From: an uncultured Nitrososphaeraceae archaeon
GTDB lineage: Archaea; Thermoproteota; Nitrososphaeria; Nitrososphaerales; Nitrososphaeraceae
Direction: 5' to 3'
Assembly (NCBI GenBank): GCA_963765895.1
Contig: CAVXZB010000057.1
Span: 1-42,121, forward strand
Length of the DNA: 42,121 nucleotides
The position numbers were made by a program, and so were the translations under genes. Positions 9,072 through 18,438 of this stretch are shown in pieces (position 1 is the stretch's first letter; every line of letters begins with the position of its first letter). Under the pieces are notes generated by a model, which saw only the letters and a program-made list of their open reading frames with translations, did not search any database and had not been told where the DNA came from.

Positions 9072-10220
9072 TTATTGGAGTGGATCTTCCTTCTCGTTCC
9101 CATATGTTTGTATAGGAAGCACAGCCTTTGAAGCTAGAAGCGACTTTTTAGTCAGCTGTGAAGACATTGAACCAGAAATAAATGCTTCTATTAGTCGGTT
9201 AATACATACTTGCTCCATCTCTTTTACCATCCTATTAAAGAATTATTCTGCTATGTCTACTAGAACCTTCGAGGAAGCAACGTCATCAATAGCATTTTCT
9301 TGTTGATAGCATAACTGATCATTTGTAGACGGTCCATAATTATACTGTTCAATCATATCAAATTCCGCTACCCGTGTCTCAGTTGTTGTCAATGCTGCCA
9401 CTGATAAATTATAATAAAGAATATTGAATTTTACAGGATCTCTTCGACATGAATCTATGATCGATTGAAGGGCTATTAGCAATACATGTCTATGATTCAT
9501 TAAATTTTGTTCAATTATTTGTTTGACTAATTCTTTAATCCTTTTAAGACTTTCGTTGTTATCATGAAATTGTCTAATAACAGATTCTAGTTTTTCTTTT
9601 TGCAATCGCAATTTAGCTAGCTCTAAACATTCTTCCTTGCAGGATGAACGATATTGATTTATTATCTGTGATTCTTCTGATATGTCGTTGCTTAATTGTT
9701 GAAAGGTTCTAGCTGCATTCAAATTCCTGGCGTTTAATGATGCCTCTTCAAGTCTGAGGTCTTGGCATTTTCGTTCAATTGATTGAATATCATTATTAGC
9801 TATTTTAAGCAAGTTAACCACATGTGGTACATTCATTTTTGCAGCCTTTGCTGCTTTACACAAATTTACAAAATATGATATGTCATCCTTGAATTCTAAA
9901 TACAGCTTGGTAATATCATCAAGTTCGCGTAGCTTCAAATATTCCATATAGTATTGAGTTACCTGAGCTTCTCCTAGGTTTAACTTGATGGCTGCTTTAA
10001 GCGTTGTATTACCTTTAGAAAAAAGTTCATAGGCTTGTACGAACAAGGATTTATGTTCCTGTCGCTCTTTTTCTTCCTTTGCCTTGTTTATAATCTCCCC
10101 GATATCACGAAGAGATATTTTCATCTCTTTAGCTATCTGCCTATAATTTTTGTTCTGATTAAAGTGCATGTCTAAAACACGTTCTTCTCTCTTTCTTGCC
10201 CAATATGCGATTTGAATCAA
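9072..10220 (-). CDS. HTH + coiled-coil hypothetical protein with an in-frame stop at 9243
   Basis: N-terminal NYRQIAKEMKISLRDI HTH and a long heptad region. The frame stays open for 56 codons after the TAA at 9243, to a stop at 9072. Confidence 0.7.
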
Positions 10221-10567
10221 AAACTGTTCTCATGTCAATCCATATTATAAAAGCTGCATTTAAAATGAAAATAACCTATTACCAGCTTGTACACCCTGCT
10301 ATCAGCATTTTTTCATATGTAGCCTAGTTGTATCCTCTTATTTTCATGTTGTTGTCATCTATTATCACCTGTTTTCGTATGTTATCATACAATTTTTGCT
10401 GAACTCAAAAATTGGTTTATGAAGACAATCTATTATGGCTAAAAAAATTTGGATTAATTATATAATATTGAACAAACGCAATAGCAACAACAAGAAAATG
10501 ACTCTACATCATCAACCATAATAGAGCTTAATATCTATTCTAAATATTTTCAATCACACTATACTTA

Positions 10568-11460
10568 GAGCCTATCCCAAAATTATCCTCCTGTATATAA
10601 CAATACAACAACCCAAACATACTAGCGCAAAATAGTTTTCTAACTTCTTTTCGTATCTGACCAAAAGTTTTCTGAACCTGTTGTGCCAGGAGTTAGTTCT
10701 CTCAACAACCCATCTTCTCTTAATATGATGATTGCTGCGTTTTGTTGTAGATTGTTCTCCTCTATGTCGAATGTGTGATAAGTATCCTTTCTTGATAACA
10801 TCATCCTTAGTCTCCTGAAAATCATATCCTTTGTCAAGACAAAGATTCTGTTTCTTTTTAAACATCTTAGAAGACGGTCTTTTAATTACGATGTTATCCA
10901 ATGTGTTTATAGCTGCCTTCATATCGTGCGTATTAGCCGCAGTAATAACAACAGATAATGGAATACCCTGCCCATCAGTTAATACATGACGTTTTGTTCC
11001 TAACTAATTTGCCTCTGTCTGTAGGATTAGGGCCGGTCATTTCCCCCCTAAAGATGCCTTTACAGATACACTATCCAGTGACTGCCAGTTCCATTGAATG
11101 CCTGCTAGATTATCATATACTCTTAACAATCTAGTCCATAATCTCTCAAATACCTCAGATATTGACCATTGCTGAAATCTTCTATGACATGTAGAACCTG
11201 AGCCATATTCCTTTGGCAACATCTTCCATTGACATCCAGTTCTTAATACATATAGAATGCCATCCAGTACTTTCCTAAATGATACTGCTGGACGTCCGAT
11301 TGTATTATCTGGCTTTTCATGTGGAAGGATCATCCTGATTTCATCCCATATTTCATCCGGAATTCTTTTGACAGTGGGAAGATACTTGACCCTATCGTAA
11401 GCCACACATATGAGCAGGATAGTCTCAAGCTATATGTCTATCTATTTTTGGGATAGGTTT
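10568..11460 (-). mobile_element. IS5-family insertion sequence (two-ORF, IS427/IS1031-like), 893 bp
   Basis: TIRs GAGCCTATCCCAAAA (10568-10582) and TTTTGGGATAGGTTT (11446-11460) match at 13/15. TTA flanks both sides (10565-10567, 11461-11463). Confidence 0.92.
10572..11405 (-). pseudogene. IS5-family transposase (OrfA/OrfB), disrupted
   Basis: OrfA has GILYVLRTGCQWKMLPKEYG and ends at a GGGGGGAAA slippery-type site. OrfB has TGPNPTDRGK, DKGYD and RWVVERTNSW. An extra TTAG at 11000-11007 breaks OrfB. Confidence 0.88.
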
Positions 11461-11992
11461 TTACTATCATTACGATCCTTACTTGCATAGACAAAGTTCA
11501 ATTTCTGCGCTTAAGATATCCGTAATATTTAGAAAGCATGGTAAATATAGTACGATACAAAGTTTCTGAACTCGTCAGGCAATCCTGAATGTATTGCATT
11601 GTACGGCATACCAACTGATTATAATCTAATTAATGTTCCCTGTCTATATGAATTCATTTAATTCGCTAAGTATGCCTCTTTATGACTCCAAATTCAGCTC
11701 TTTAACTTAAGTAAAAAAGCTAAAAAAGGAAAATAACAACCATTTATAACAACTATATATGAAAAGGCAATCTTTACTCATTAAAATATCTTTATGTAAA
11801 AAATAATGACATTGAGAATACATCATTAATAAATTATAAGAACTCTGATAGAAGATCCTAAAGCTAACCTGCTCGAGTTCAGAAATACAACTTTTGCATC
11901 TGGTGAAACATCGCTAGATTTCATACTTGAAATAACGACATCAGTCTGACTGAACAAAGTATTCTAGAAATTCCGCTTTAAGTTGGGACCTA

Positions 11993-13111
11993 TCAATGCC
12001 TTCCACGAGGGGGCCTATTCAAGGTCTCGCACAATTCTTCTAGCAATTCATTATTCCCGAATGGTCTACTAATAACGTCCAACTTATCATTTGGAAAATC
12101 CATAATGTTGTTCCTAATATTCTGAGGTGTCCTATTTACTATTACCATTCTTGCTTCCGATCTTCTGTTTAACGCATTCCTAAATGCATTATTAATCGAC
12201 GAGTCTCTGAATGAGAAACCTATAACAACATACACATCGTGATAATTCAACATCTTGCGAAAGTAATTAAACAAATATGAGGAGGGATCCTCTGAGACAT
12301 GTTTGTCGTAGACAGGATAAATCATCTGCCTCCTGAGATATGTCTCCCCCACAAGAGATGTCGGACTTTCTCTCGCAACTACCTTGTTGTCTCGGGACCG
12401 AATCCACCAATCGATAGAACCATGCAGCTTAAGGTCCTGGATTTTCGATAAATCATAATCAGAATCATCCAGGTCCAGATATGGCTCGTTCCAAATATAA
12501 TCTCCAGTAGTAAGTGCTCTCTGCAGGGAATGCTTTGGAGGAGCTACTCTATTTAGATCATATCTTTCAAGAACAAGGTCGTAATTTGTAGTTACAATAT
12601 GTTTAAACAGTAGACCACGGGGATGTTCATTGAGGGCGTTTACATAGGTTGGAGTTATTGATGACTCTAGTGTAAATAACCGACTGTAGTATTCATTTGC
12701 GAGTCGAAAGTTGTAACTGTTGCATGATTCTACTGTCTTCTCTTCAACGGCAGTTCTAATATTATTGTACTCGTCTCTACTAGGTGTTGGTTTTGAATAA
12801 GTAGTGCCCGTGCGATGTGCTAGTGTATAAATATAATGTGTAGAAATTCCTATCTGAGCAGGAATTAATTCCGGTGCTGTTAATAAGTCTAATATTGACA
12901 AGATTACTTCTATATCTATATCGTTTTCGTTTTCAAAGCGTCTATCATTAGGATTCCCAATGAGTGTATCGTAGATATGAGCAAGCAAATCGCCATATCC
13001 CATATCCCTAATGATCTGTGTTGTGATTGTGGTAAGATCACTTAAATCGCCTATTCCAAAAGCCTTAGAGGCTCCAGCGCCCAAAAATAACAATGTCTGC
13101 GGTTGTTTCAA
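11993..13111 (-). CDS. SIR2-like (SIR2_2) domain protein, putative defence NADase
   Basis: LFLGAGAS, TTNYD, KLHGS and IGFSFRD motifs. No sirtuin Zn-binding cysteines. Confidence 0.85.
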   Translation of the reverse strand: MKQPQTLLFLGAGASKAFGIGDLSDLTTITTQIIRDMGYGDLLAHIYDTLIGNPNDRRFENENDIDIEVILSILDLLTAPELIPAQIGISTHYIYTLAHRTGTTYSKPTPSRDEYNNIRTAVEEKTVESCNSYNFRLANEYYSRLFTLESSITPTYVNALNEHPRGLLFKHIVTTNYDLVLERYDLNRVAPPKHSLQRALTTGDYIWNEPYLDLDDSDYDLSKIQDLKLHGSIDWWIRSRDNKVVARESPTSLVGETYLRRQMIYPVYDKHVSEDPSSYLFNYFRKMLNYHDVYVVIGFSFRDSSINNAFRNALNRRSEARMVIVNRTPQNIRNNIMDFPNDKLDVISRPFGNNELLEELCETLNRPPRGRH

Positions 13112-13232
13112 GTTCTTTGATAAATAAATCTTGAACTTAATAGCATTTCAGATTATCCCTTAATCGCCTGATATTCGAATTGGTATAGCAACTCATTCAT
13201 TTTCGTCATAAATCATTGTCAGAAACAAATTT

Positions 13233-13553
13233 TCATTCGTCATTTAGTAATTTTTTCAGTGCTTCGAAAGCTAGGTTCTTTTGAGGCATTTCCTTTACTT
13301 CTGCTAAAAAGCCTTCTGACAAAATAGAAAGTTCTGGCTTACGTATTCCCGCGGCTTCAAAGATGTCGATCATCCTGTCCGAAATGATTGCCTTCGACAG
13401 ACTTTGCTTTATAGCCGTATCAAATTTCTCTTCTTGACTTTCTATATCGGTTTTTGTACTCCTTTTTATTGCAGATTTTATAGCTTGGAATAGACTTACA
13501 TATTCTTTTATTGCGAGAGCATTTTTGTGAGGAACTGACAGAGAAAATGCCTT
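13233..13553 (-). pseudogene. hsdR: Type I restriction enzyme R subunit C-terminal fragment (DUF3387-like)
   Basis: Start-less open frame KAFSLSVPHKNALAIKEYVSLFQAIKSAI...AIKQSLSKAIISDRMIDIFEAAGIRKPELSILSEGFLAEVKEMPQKNLAFEALKKLLNDE*. Confidence 0.85.
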
Positions 13554-13621
13554 TTTCGTTCAATTCTTTATTAATAGTAATTTCTAATTTTTCGTCTAGA
13601 TAGATCCCCTGCTGCCTGTGA

Positions 13622-14947
13622 CTAACCAGCATTTCTAGGAAAAGATGCTGTTATGTTTGCCCTAGCTTTATCATAGGTAACTGGATCAATCTCTATACCT
13701 ATCCCTTTTCTCCTTGAGCCATAGTTTAGCGCAGCTTTTATGTTAGTACCAGCCCCCATCATCAAGTCCAATACTACATCGCCAGTGTCTGGGAATGTTA
13801 GTCTAGAAATGATTTCTTCTGCCTCTTTGGTGCTTTGTTGCCATTCATGAAGATCTTTTTCTGGTCTTTGTGATGTAATAAGGTTTTGTAGTTGACCATT
13901 TGTTATTAACTCAGGGCCCTTATAATACCACAGCAGATCTTTTTTCTTCCTTGAAATATGTAAATGTTGGTCATGACTGAATGGTCCCTGGAGCTGTACT
14001 GAAATATCTGTATTATATATTAGACCTTCTGCTTCCAAAATATTCATATATCTACGTTTCATTATGTCTCCAAATAATGAGACGAAATGACCGTTAGGTT
14101 TTAGCTTGGCCATGGCTATTGGTGGGATAGCCTCATAAAGGTACCAAAAATCTTCTGCATATGGAGGGTCAAGAAGTATCAGCGAAATTGAACCATCAGG
14201 TATTTTGGCAAGTATTAAAGGGTCGCGGAAATCACTACAGTAAATTGTAACTCCATCAGGAATTTGAAATTTAGCATTTATTCCGATGGATTGTTGAGCT
14301 AATTTCTCCTGTTTCTTGGCAGCTTTAATCTTTTTAAACAGGTCATAAGGTTCTATTTTGCCTTCACTTAGAGCTTTTAACTGTTGTTCACTAGAGTTAT
14401 CCTTAACTTGTTTCCACTGCCAAATAGTTGTACAGCTAACTCCAACAATATCGCCAATTTTACGATTTATTCTACCGTCTTTCTTCTCAAGGTCGTTTGA
14501 GATAATGTCATTATTATCATCAATAATTCTAGTTGGCGTCAAATTTTTGACACCAATTGGCTGTGTGCCCTTTTTACCCTTTTGGTATTTTAATTCTTGG
14601 TCAGCCTTGACTTCGGCTTCAAACTCATGTCTTATTCTTTCCGCTGCCATATACAATTCCCACTTGTTACAATGACGACGTGCATAGTTAAGCTGGTTTA
14701 TAGCTCTAATCTTTTGTTCTTCGTTATGATATTTTCGCACTTCTACCTTAGGTTTTATACCCAACTCTTCATAGACCTTTAATCTATGATGTCCATCTAG
14801 AATACAATTTTCTTCATCTATGATTATTGGCAGTTCTTGACCTACTCTTATAGAGTCCTTTAACCTCTTGTATTCACTAGTAGTATAAGGACGGGTTAGG
14901 ACTTGATATTTAGGATTGATTTTGAATTCTGGATTAATAGTAGTCAA
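13622..14947 (-). CDS. ParB/Srx-domain + N6/N4 DNA methyltransferase fusion
   Basis: ParB box ILDGHHRL. MTase motif IV DPPY precedes motif I VLDLMMGAGT (beta-class order), followed by GIEID. Confidence 0.88.
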   Translation of the reverse strand: MTTINPEFKINPKYQVLTRPYTTSEYKRLKDSIRVGQELPIIIDEENCILDGHHRLKVYEELGIKPKVEVRKYHNEEQKIRAINQLNYARRHCNKWELYMAAERIRHEFEAEVKADQELKYQKGKKGTQPIGVKNLTPTRIIDDNNDIISNDLEKKDGRINRKIGDIVGVSCTTIWQWKQVKDNSSEQQLKALSEGKIEPYDLFKKIKAAKKQEKLAQQSIGINAKFQIPDGVTIYCSDFRDPLILAKIPDGSISLILLDPPYAEDFWYLYEAIPPIAMAKLKPNGHFVSLFGDIMKRRYMNILEAEGLIYNTDISVQLQGPFSHDQHLHISRKKKDLLWYYKGPELITNGQLQNLITSQRPEKDLHEWQQSTKEAEEIISRLTFPDTGDVVLDLMMGAGTNIKAALNYGSRRKGIGIEIDPVTYDKARANITASFPRNAG

Positions 14948-15141
14948 TTTAGCTATTTCTGCCTCCAGACTTGACTAGATCTTGTGTAGCCATATTTCAT
15001 GTGGCTATTCAGTCTCCTTTCTTAGAATATGCTCTATGTCGTGCCTGACTTGTCTTCTAGATTTCTCTGACAACTCGTCTCTATAGCAAGAATTAGCCAT
15101 TGTTTTACTTCTCTTGAGATAATAGAGAATTCTACTAGACG

Positions 15142-15292
15142 ATCCTGTATGCGTTATACATGCAGGTTTTATATTTGTCTTGATTTTGTCACCAAAACAC
15201 CGATTTTTCTGTATAGGTATTACAGAAGAATAGTATATTTGAAAGCAAAATCGGATACAATCAATAAATGACATGTATAATGCATACAGGAT
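15142..15292. repeat. Nested inverted repeat, candidate replication origin
   Basis: atcctgtatgcgttatacatg (15142-15162) versus catgtataatgcatacaggat (15272-15292), 20/21 complementary. Inner pairs ccgatttt/aaaatcgg and ttctgta/tacagaa. Confidence 0.7.
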
Positions 15293-15293
15293 T

Positions 15294-17939
15294 TTATAGA
15301 ACATTCTTACTACTACTCTCCTTAACAGACGTGTTGAATACTAGAGTAAGCGGATTTATGTTTACAATCGATATTAGACCATCACCAACTAAGCCCTGTT
15401 TGAAACGATCCGCGATATCCCTGTATTTTGAGCTGTTATTGCTAACAGGACTTTTTCCTAAATAAGTCTCAACTAGGCTATTTTTGCTAGCTGCATAATT
15501 TATGCAGTCCTGAAATTCAAAAGGCATATTGGGACTTTCCTGCAAGAATTTTGCTATTTCGTGACAAGTAGCCTCCCGTGGATCTTCTACCACTACTACA
15601 TTACTGTCAAAAGCCTGATACATTTTGGGCAGGAAATCGATTGCTTCTTTTGCAATTTCAGATGTAGCTATGTTTGAAAAATGCAGTCTTGCAAAGGCAA
15701 GTGACGTCCTTATAATGGTCTCAAGAACCCTGTTAGTTGGAAAAACCGTGATATTTGGGCTAGACCAATAGTCAGTTATCATAGCCTCTGCTTCCTCGCT
15801 TAATATTGGCTTGAAAGTCTTTGCATGTTGTATTACCTTACGAAGAAACGTATGATCTTCCTTTATATCCTGGGATTTTAGAATAGCCATCTTCCTTTTT
15901 GCGTAGCTTATCTTCTGATTCCTATCCCTTAGTGGTTTAAATACAAAGAGGAGATCATATCTATCCAAAAGCTCTTTGCGTAAAGGTATCTGCCCTTTGT
16001 CAATAACATCCATATACCAATTACCATGCTCAGGATTTGTTGTTGCTAACACTGTGGTGGGAGAGTCTATCTCCTTATGAAATCCGTACTTATCTAAAGT
16101 TAATATTCCTTCTTCCATAACGTCAAATAGATGTCTTTGATCCTCCATGGACAGAGAACCGATTTCATTTAGAATGCACATAGAGTTCCTTGCTTGAGGT
16201 AGTACTCCGTTTCGTAACACATACGAGTCGTTTTCTTTATCCATAATTGCCGTAATGCTTTTGCCACTAGCTCCCTGAGTTGAAGAATATCTACTATTGG
16301 GTTGACCTAACTTGTAGGCGGCTCGTCCCAATTTTGATTTTGCGGTTCCAGGAGGGCCTATAAACAGTCCATGAATTCTGCCTCGAAAATCTTCAGTCTC
16401 TGGAGCACCGATGTACATTAAAATTATTCCCAATTTTTTGTCCTCATGACCGATTACGGTAGGTACAAGCATATTCACAAGCTTGGCTATCATCTCTGGC
16501 TGTTTTGCAAATTCCTCAACTTCTAAAACATCTTCTTCAGTCACTACAGTACTCTCATTTTGGGGTGTTTCATATTCAATTTGATTTGCAAAAAGATATG
16601 TCATTCGTCTTGCATTTTTACCACTACTCTGCTGAATCACATGGAGCTCTCCAGCGATCATAGCTTTTTCGCCGTTCCTTACATTGAATGTATTATTATC
16701 AAATAACACCACGTTGAGATTTTCCAGTTCATTCTGCTTTTCTACGTCCTGTAACTGAATAATCATCGCGCTAACTTCACTATGGTGTATGAGACCATAA
16801 CTGGCTGAATTACAAGAAATACATTTTCGCTTATTACTATTGGAGATGGAATTTGGCAAAGAGAATAATAGCGGGCTATGGCTCTCAGTATCAGATTGGC
16901 CGCAGTTAGAACATTCGAATTCTGTCTCCTTTATAACTTGAATGACAGAAGATAATCCCACAATGAGTCCACTTACTGCAGCTTTGCCACTACTCCGTCT
17001 AATTGCTTCTGCAACTGATATCAATTCTGTTCTAGCACCCACAGAGTTCATAGTATCGATTTCCATCTCTTGATTTGCTACATGTGTTACTGCATCACTC
17101 CACATACTTTCGAATTCTTTGATATCCAAAGGTGGCCTGCAAAAGAGGTTATTAAATTTGATACATAGTTGTCTCATTTCTTCAAGTGTTTTTGTTCGAA
17201 TGAATTCATGAAGCTTTGCATTCATCTCTTTTAACAGTTCGATATGTCGTGAGCCTTCGTTAACAGTCTTTGCAGACTCATTTTTTTCTTGAATCCCCCT
17301 ACTTCGAAGGTCACCGTTAGTGAGATACTCGATGCTATACTTCGAAAGAATATCATTAATGATCTGCTCCAGGTTTTCTGATAGTCCAGGGATGATTTGA
17401 TTAAGGAAACTGTATCGATGTCCACCTTTGTGCATAGATGGTGTACAGAACATTAATCGATTGGGCCCTTTGACTTCGATGGCTGGCATTGTCTCTTTGT
17501 TAAACCACATCCTGCCAGCTTCACTGTCTTTATTTTTGAATGGATGCTTGGAATAGACATAAATATGAAGTCTTGTCGCATCGTCGGGATGTTGCTCTAT
17601 TAATGTTGATGCAGCAAGCTCTTGTAGTGTTGCTGTCTTTCCATCAATTATACTTGCATTACAGATTTCATCGATTGCTTTCTGATTATCCAGATCTATA
17701 CCATTAAGATAATATCCAAAATGATCACCTCGCCAGACCTTTCCGGTAACTACTGCTGCACCCCTGATGAATGCTCCATTTTTCTTTAAATCTTCAAATT
17801 CCTCAGATGACATAGCCGAGTTTTGCATTGGTTTCCAACTTTCAGATACCCTCTTATTTCTAGTATCTACAGGACACACATTTGCGCCAATAGTATAGAA
17901 CCAAAAGTCTAACGTGGAAAAATATTCTGATGTGATCAT
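15294..17939 (-). CDS. PrimPol (AEP) - PriCT - MCM helicase fusion replication protein
   Basis: AEP motifs GIDLD and RLHIY; PriCT-like EGSRH...CRPPL; Zn finger CSNC...CISC; Walker A GPPGTAKS; Walker B-like ILNE; Arg finger LLDRYD. Confidence 0.9.
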   Translation of the reverse strand: MITSEYFSTLDFWFYTIGANVCPVDTRNKRVSESWKPMQNSAMSSEEFEDLKKNGAFIRGAAVVTGKVWRGDHFGYYLNGIDLDNQKAIDEICNASIIDGKTATLQELAASTLIEQHPDDATRLHIYVYSKHPFKNKDSEAGRMWFNKETMPAIEVKGPNRLMFCTPSMHKGGHRYSFLNQIIPGLSENLEQIINDILSKYSIEYLTNGDLRSRGIQEKNESAKTVNEGSRHIELLKEMNAKLHEFIRTKTLEEMRQLCIKFNNLFCRPPLDIKEFESMWSDAVTHVANQEMEIDTMNSVGARTELISVAEAIRRSSGKAAVSGLIVGLSSVIQVIKETEFECSNCGQSDTESHSPLLFSLPNSISNSNKRKCISCNSASYGLIHHSEVSAMIIQLQDVEKQNELENLNVVLFDNNTFNVRNGEKAMIAGELHVIQQSSGKNARRMTYLFANQIEYETPQNESTVVTEEDVLEVEEFAKQPEMIAKLVNMLVPTVIGHEDKKLGIILMYIGAPETEDFRGRIHGLFIGPPGTAKSKLGRAAYKLGQPNSRYSSTQGASGKSITAIMDKENDSYVLRNGVLPQARNSMCILNEIGSLSMEDQRHLFDVMEEGILTLDKYGFHKEIDSPTTVLATTNPEHGNWYMDVIDKGQIPLRKELLDRYDLLFVFKPLRDRNQKISYAKRKMAILKSQDIKEDHTFLRKVIQHAKTFKPILSEEAEAMITDYWSSPNITVFPTNRVLETIIRTSLAFARLHFSNIATSEIAKEAIDFLPKMYQAFDSNVVVVEDPREATCHEIAKFLQESPNMPFEFQDCINYAASKNSLVETYLGKSPVSNNSSKYRDIADRFKQGLVGDGLISIVNINPLTLVFNTSVKESSSKNVL

Positions 17940-18157
17940 TAAGCATCACTTTTCGATCTGCTGTGACATACGCAACTACAAATTACAGTATGCGTACCTA
18001 TGCAGCTTTCATATCGTCCTCTGCATTTATTATGTGGTGCCAAACAGGTAGTTACAGTTATTGTAATGATTTCTTTTTGGTTGGTAGTGTCATTATCTTC
18101 TGAAGATAAAACCTTATTTCCCAGTAAATCGCTATTATTCAAGGTATTGAATCGCAC
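17939..18157 (-). CDS. Small Cys/His-rich (putative zinc-binding) protein
   Basis: CLAPHNKC...C...CSCVCH. Its stop overlaps the PrimPol-MCM start by 1 nt. Confidence 0.6.
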   Translation of the reverse strand: MRFNTLNNSDLLGNKVLSSEDNDTTNQKEIITITVTTCLAPHNKCRGRYESCIGTHTVICSCVCHSRSKSDA

Positions 18158-18390
18158 TCCTCTGTGGTTCCGATACTAGGAACACAACCAGCTACCAAAG
18201 CCGAGCGGCCAACTCTATTCTTTGGTTGTTGGGATCCTTCCTTTTCTTTTCCTTCGTATTCAACAGCTATATCCAATATTTTGGAAATAATTTGATCAAA
18301 AGATTGTCCCTTCTTTCCTAAATCACAGAGGGCTTCTCTTGTCCTTCTTGATATTGCTATAGTTGTTGCATTATTTTCTAATGAAGGCAT
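18139..18390 (-). CDS. RHH/CopG-like regulator
   Basis: TTIAISRRTREALCDLGKKGQSFDQIISKIL pattern. First gene of the replication operon. Confidence 0.75.
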   Translation of the reverse strand: MPSLENNATTIAISRRTREALCDLGKKGQSFDQIISKILDIAVEYEGKEKEGSQQPKNRVGRSALVAGCVPSIGTTEECDSIP

Positions 18391-18403
18391 AAGATATAGA
18401 GGC

Positions 18404-18418
18404 TATAACGTTTATAAG
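18404..18418. promoter_or_regulatory. Shared bidirectional TATA box
   Basis: TTTATAAG (+) / CTTATAAA (-) at 18411-18418 lies 21-28 nt from both divergent ATGs (18390 and 18439). It overlaps the palindrome tataa-cgt-ttata. Confidence 0.6.
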
Positions 18419-18438
18419 TTCAATATTTTTTACCCCCC

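Noticed and set aside
11975-11995. Weak inverted similarity to 21449-21468 (taggtccc..aa..taaag) as element ends
   Set aside because: It is short, gapped and inverted, whereas integration by a tyrosine integrase leaves direct repeats. Likely chance.
13420-13632. 70-aa ORF overlapping the MTase end
   Set aside because: Most of it is an alternative frame over the HsdR remnant, which is the recognisable coding frame.
15005-15304. 99-aa ORF downstream of PrimPol-MCM
   Set aside because: It runs through the inverted-repeat region and has no recognisable motif. At most the last ~31 codons may code.
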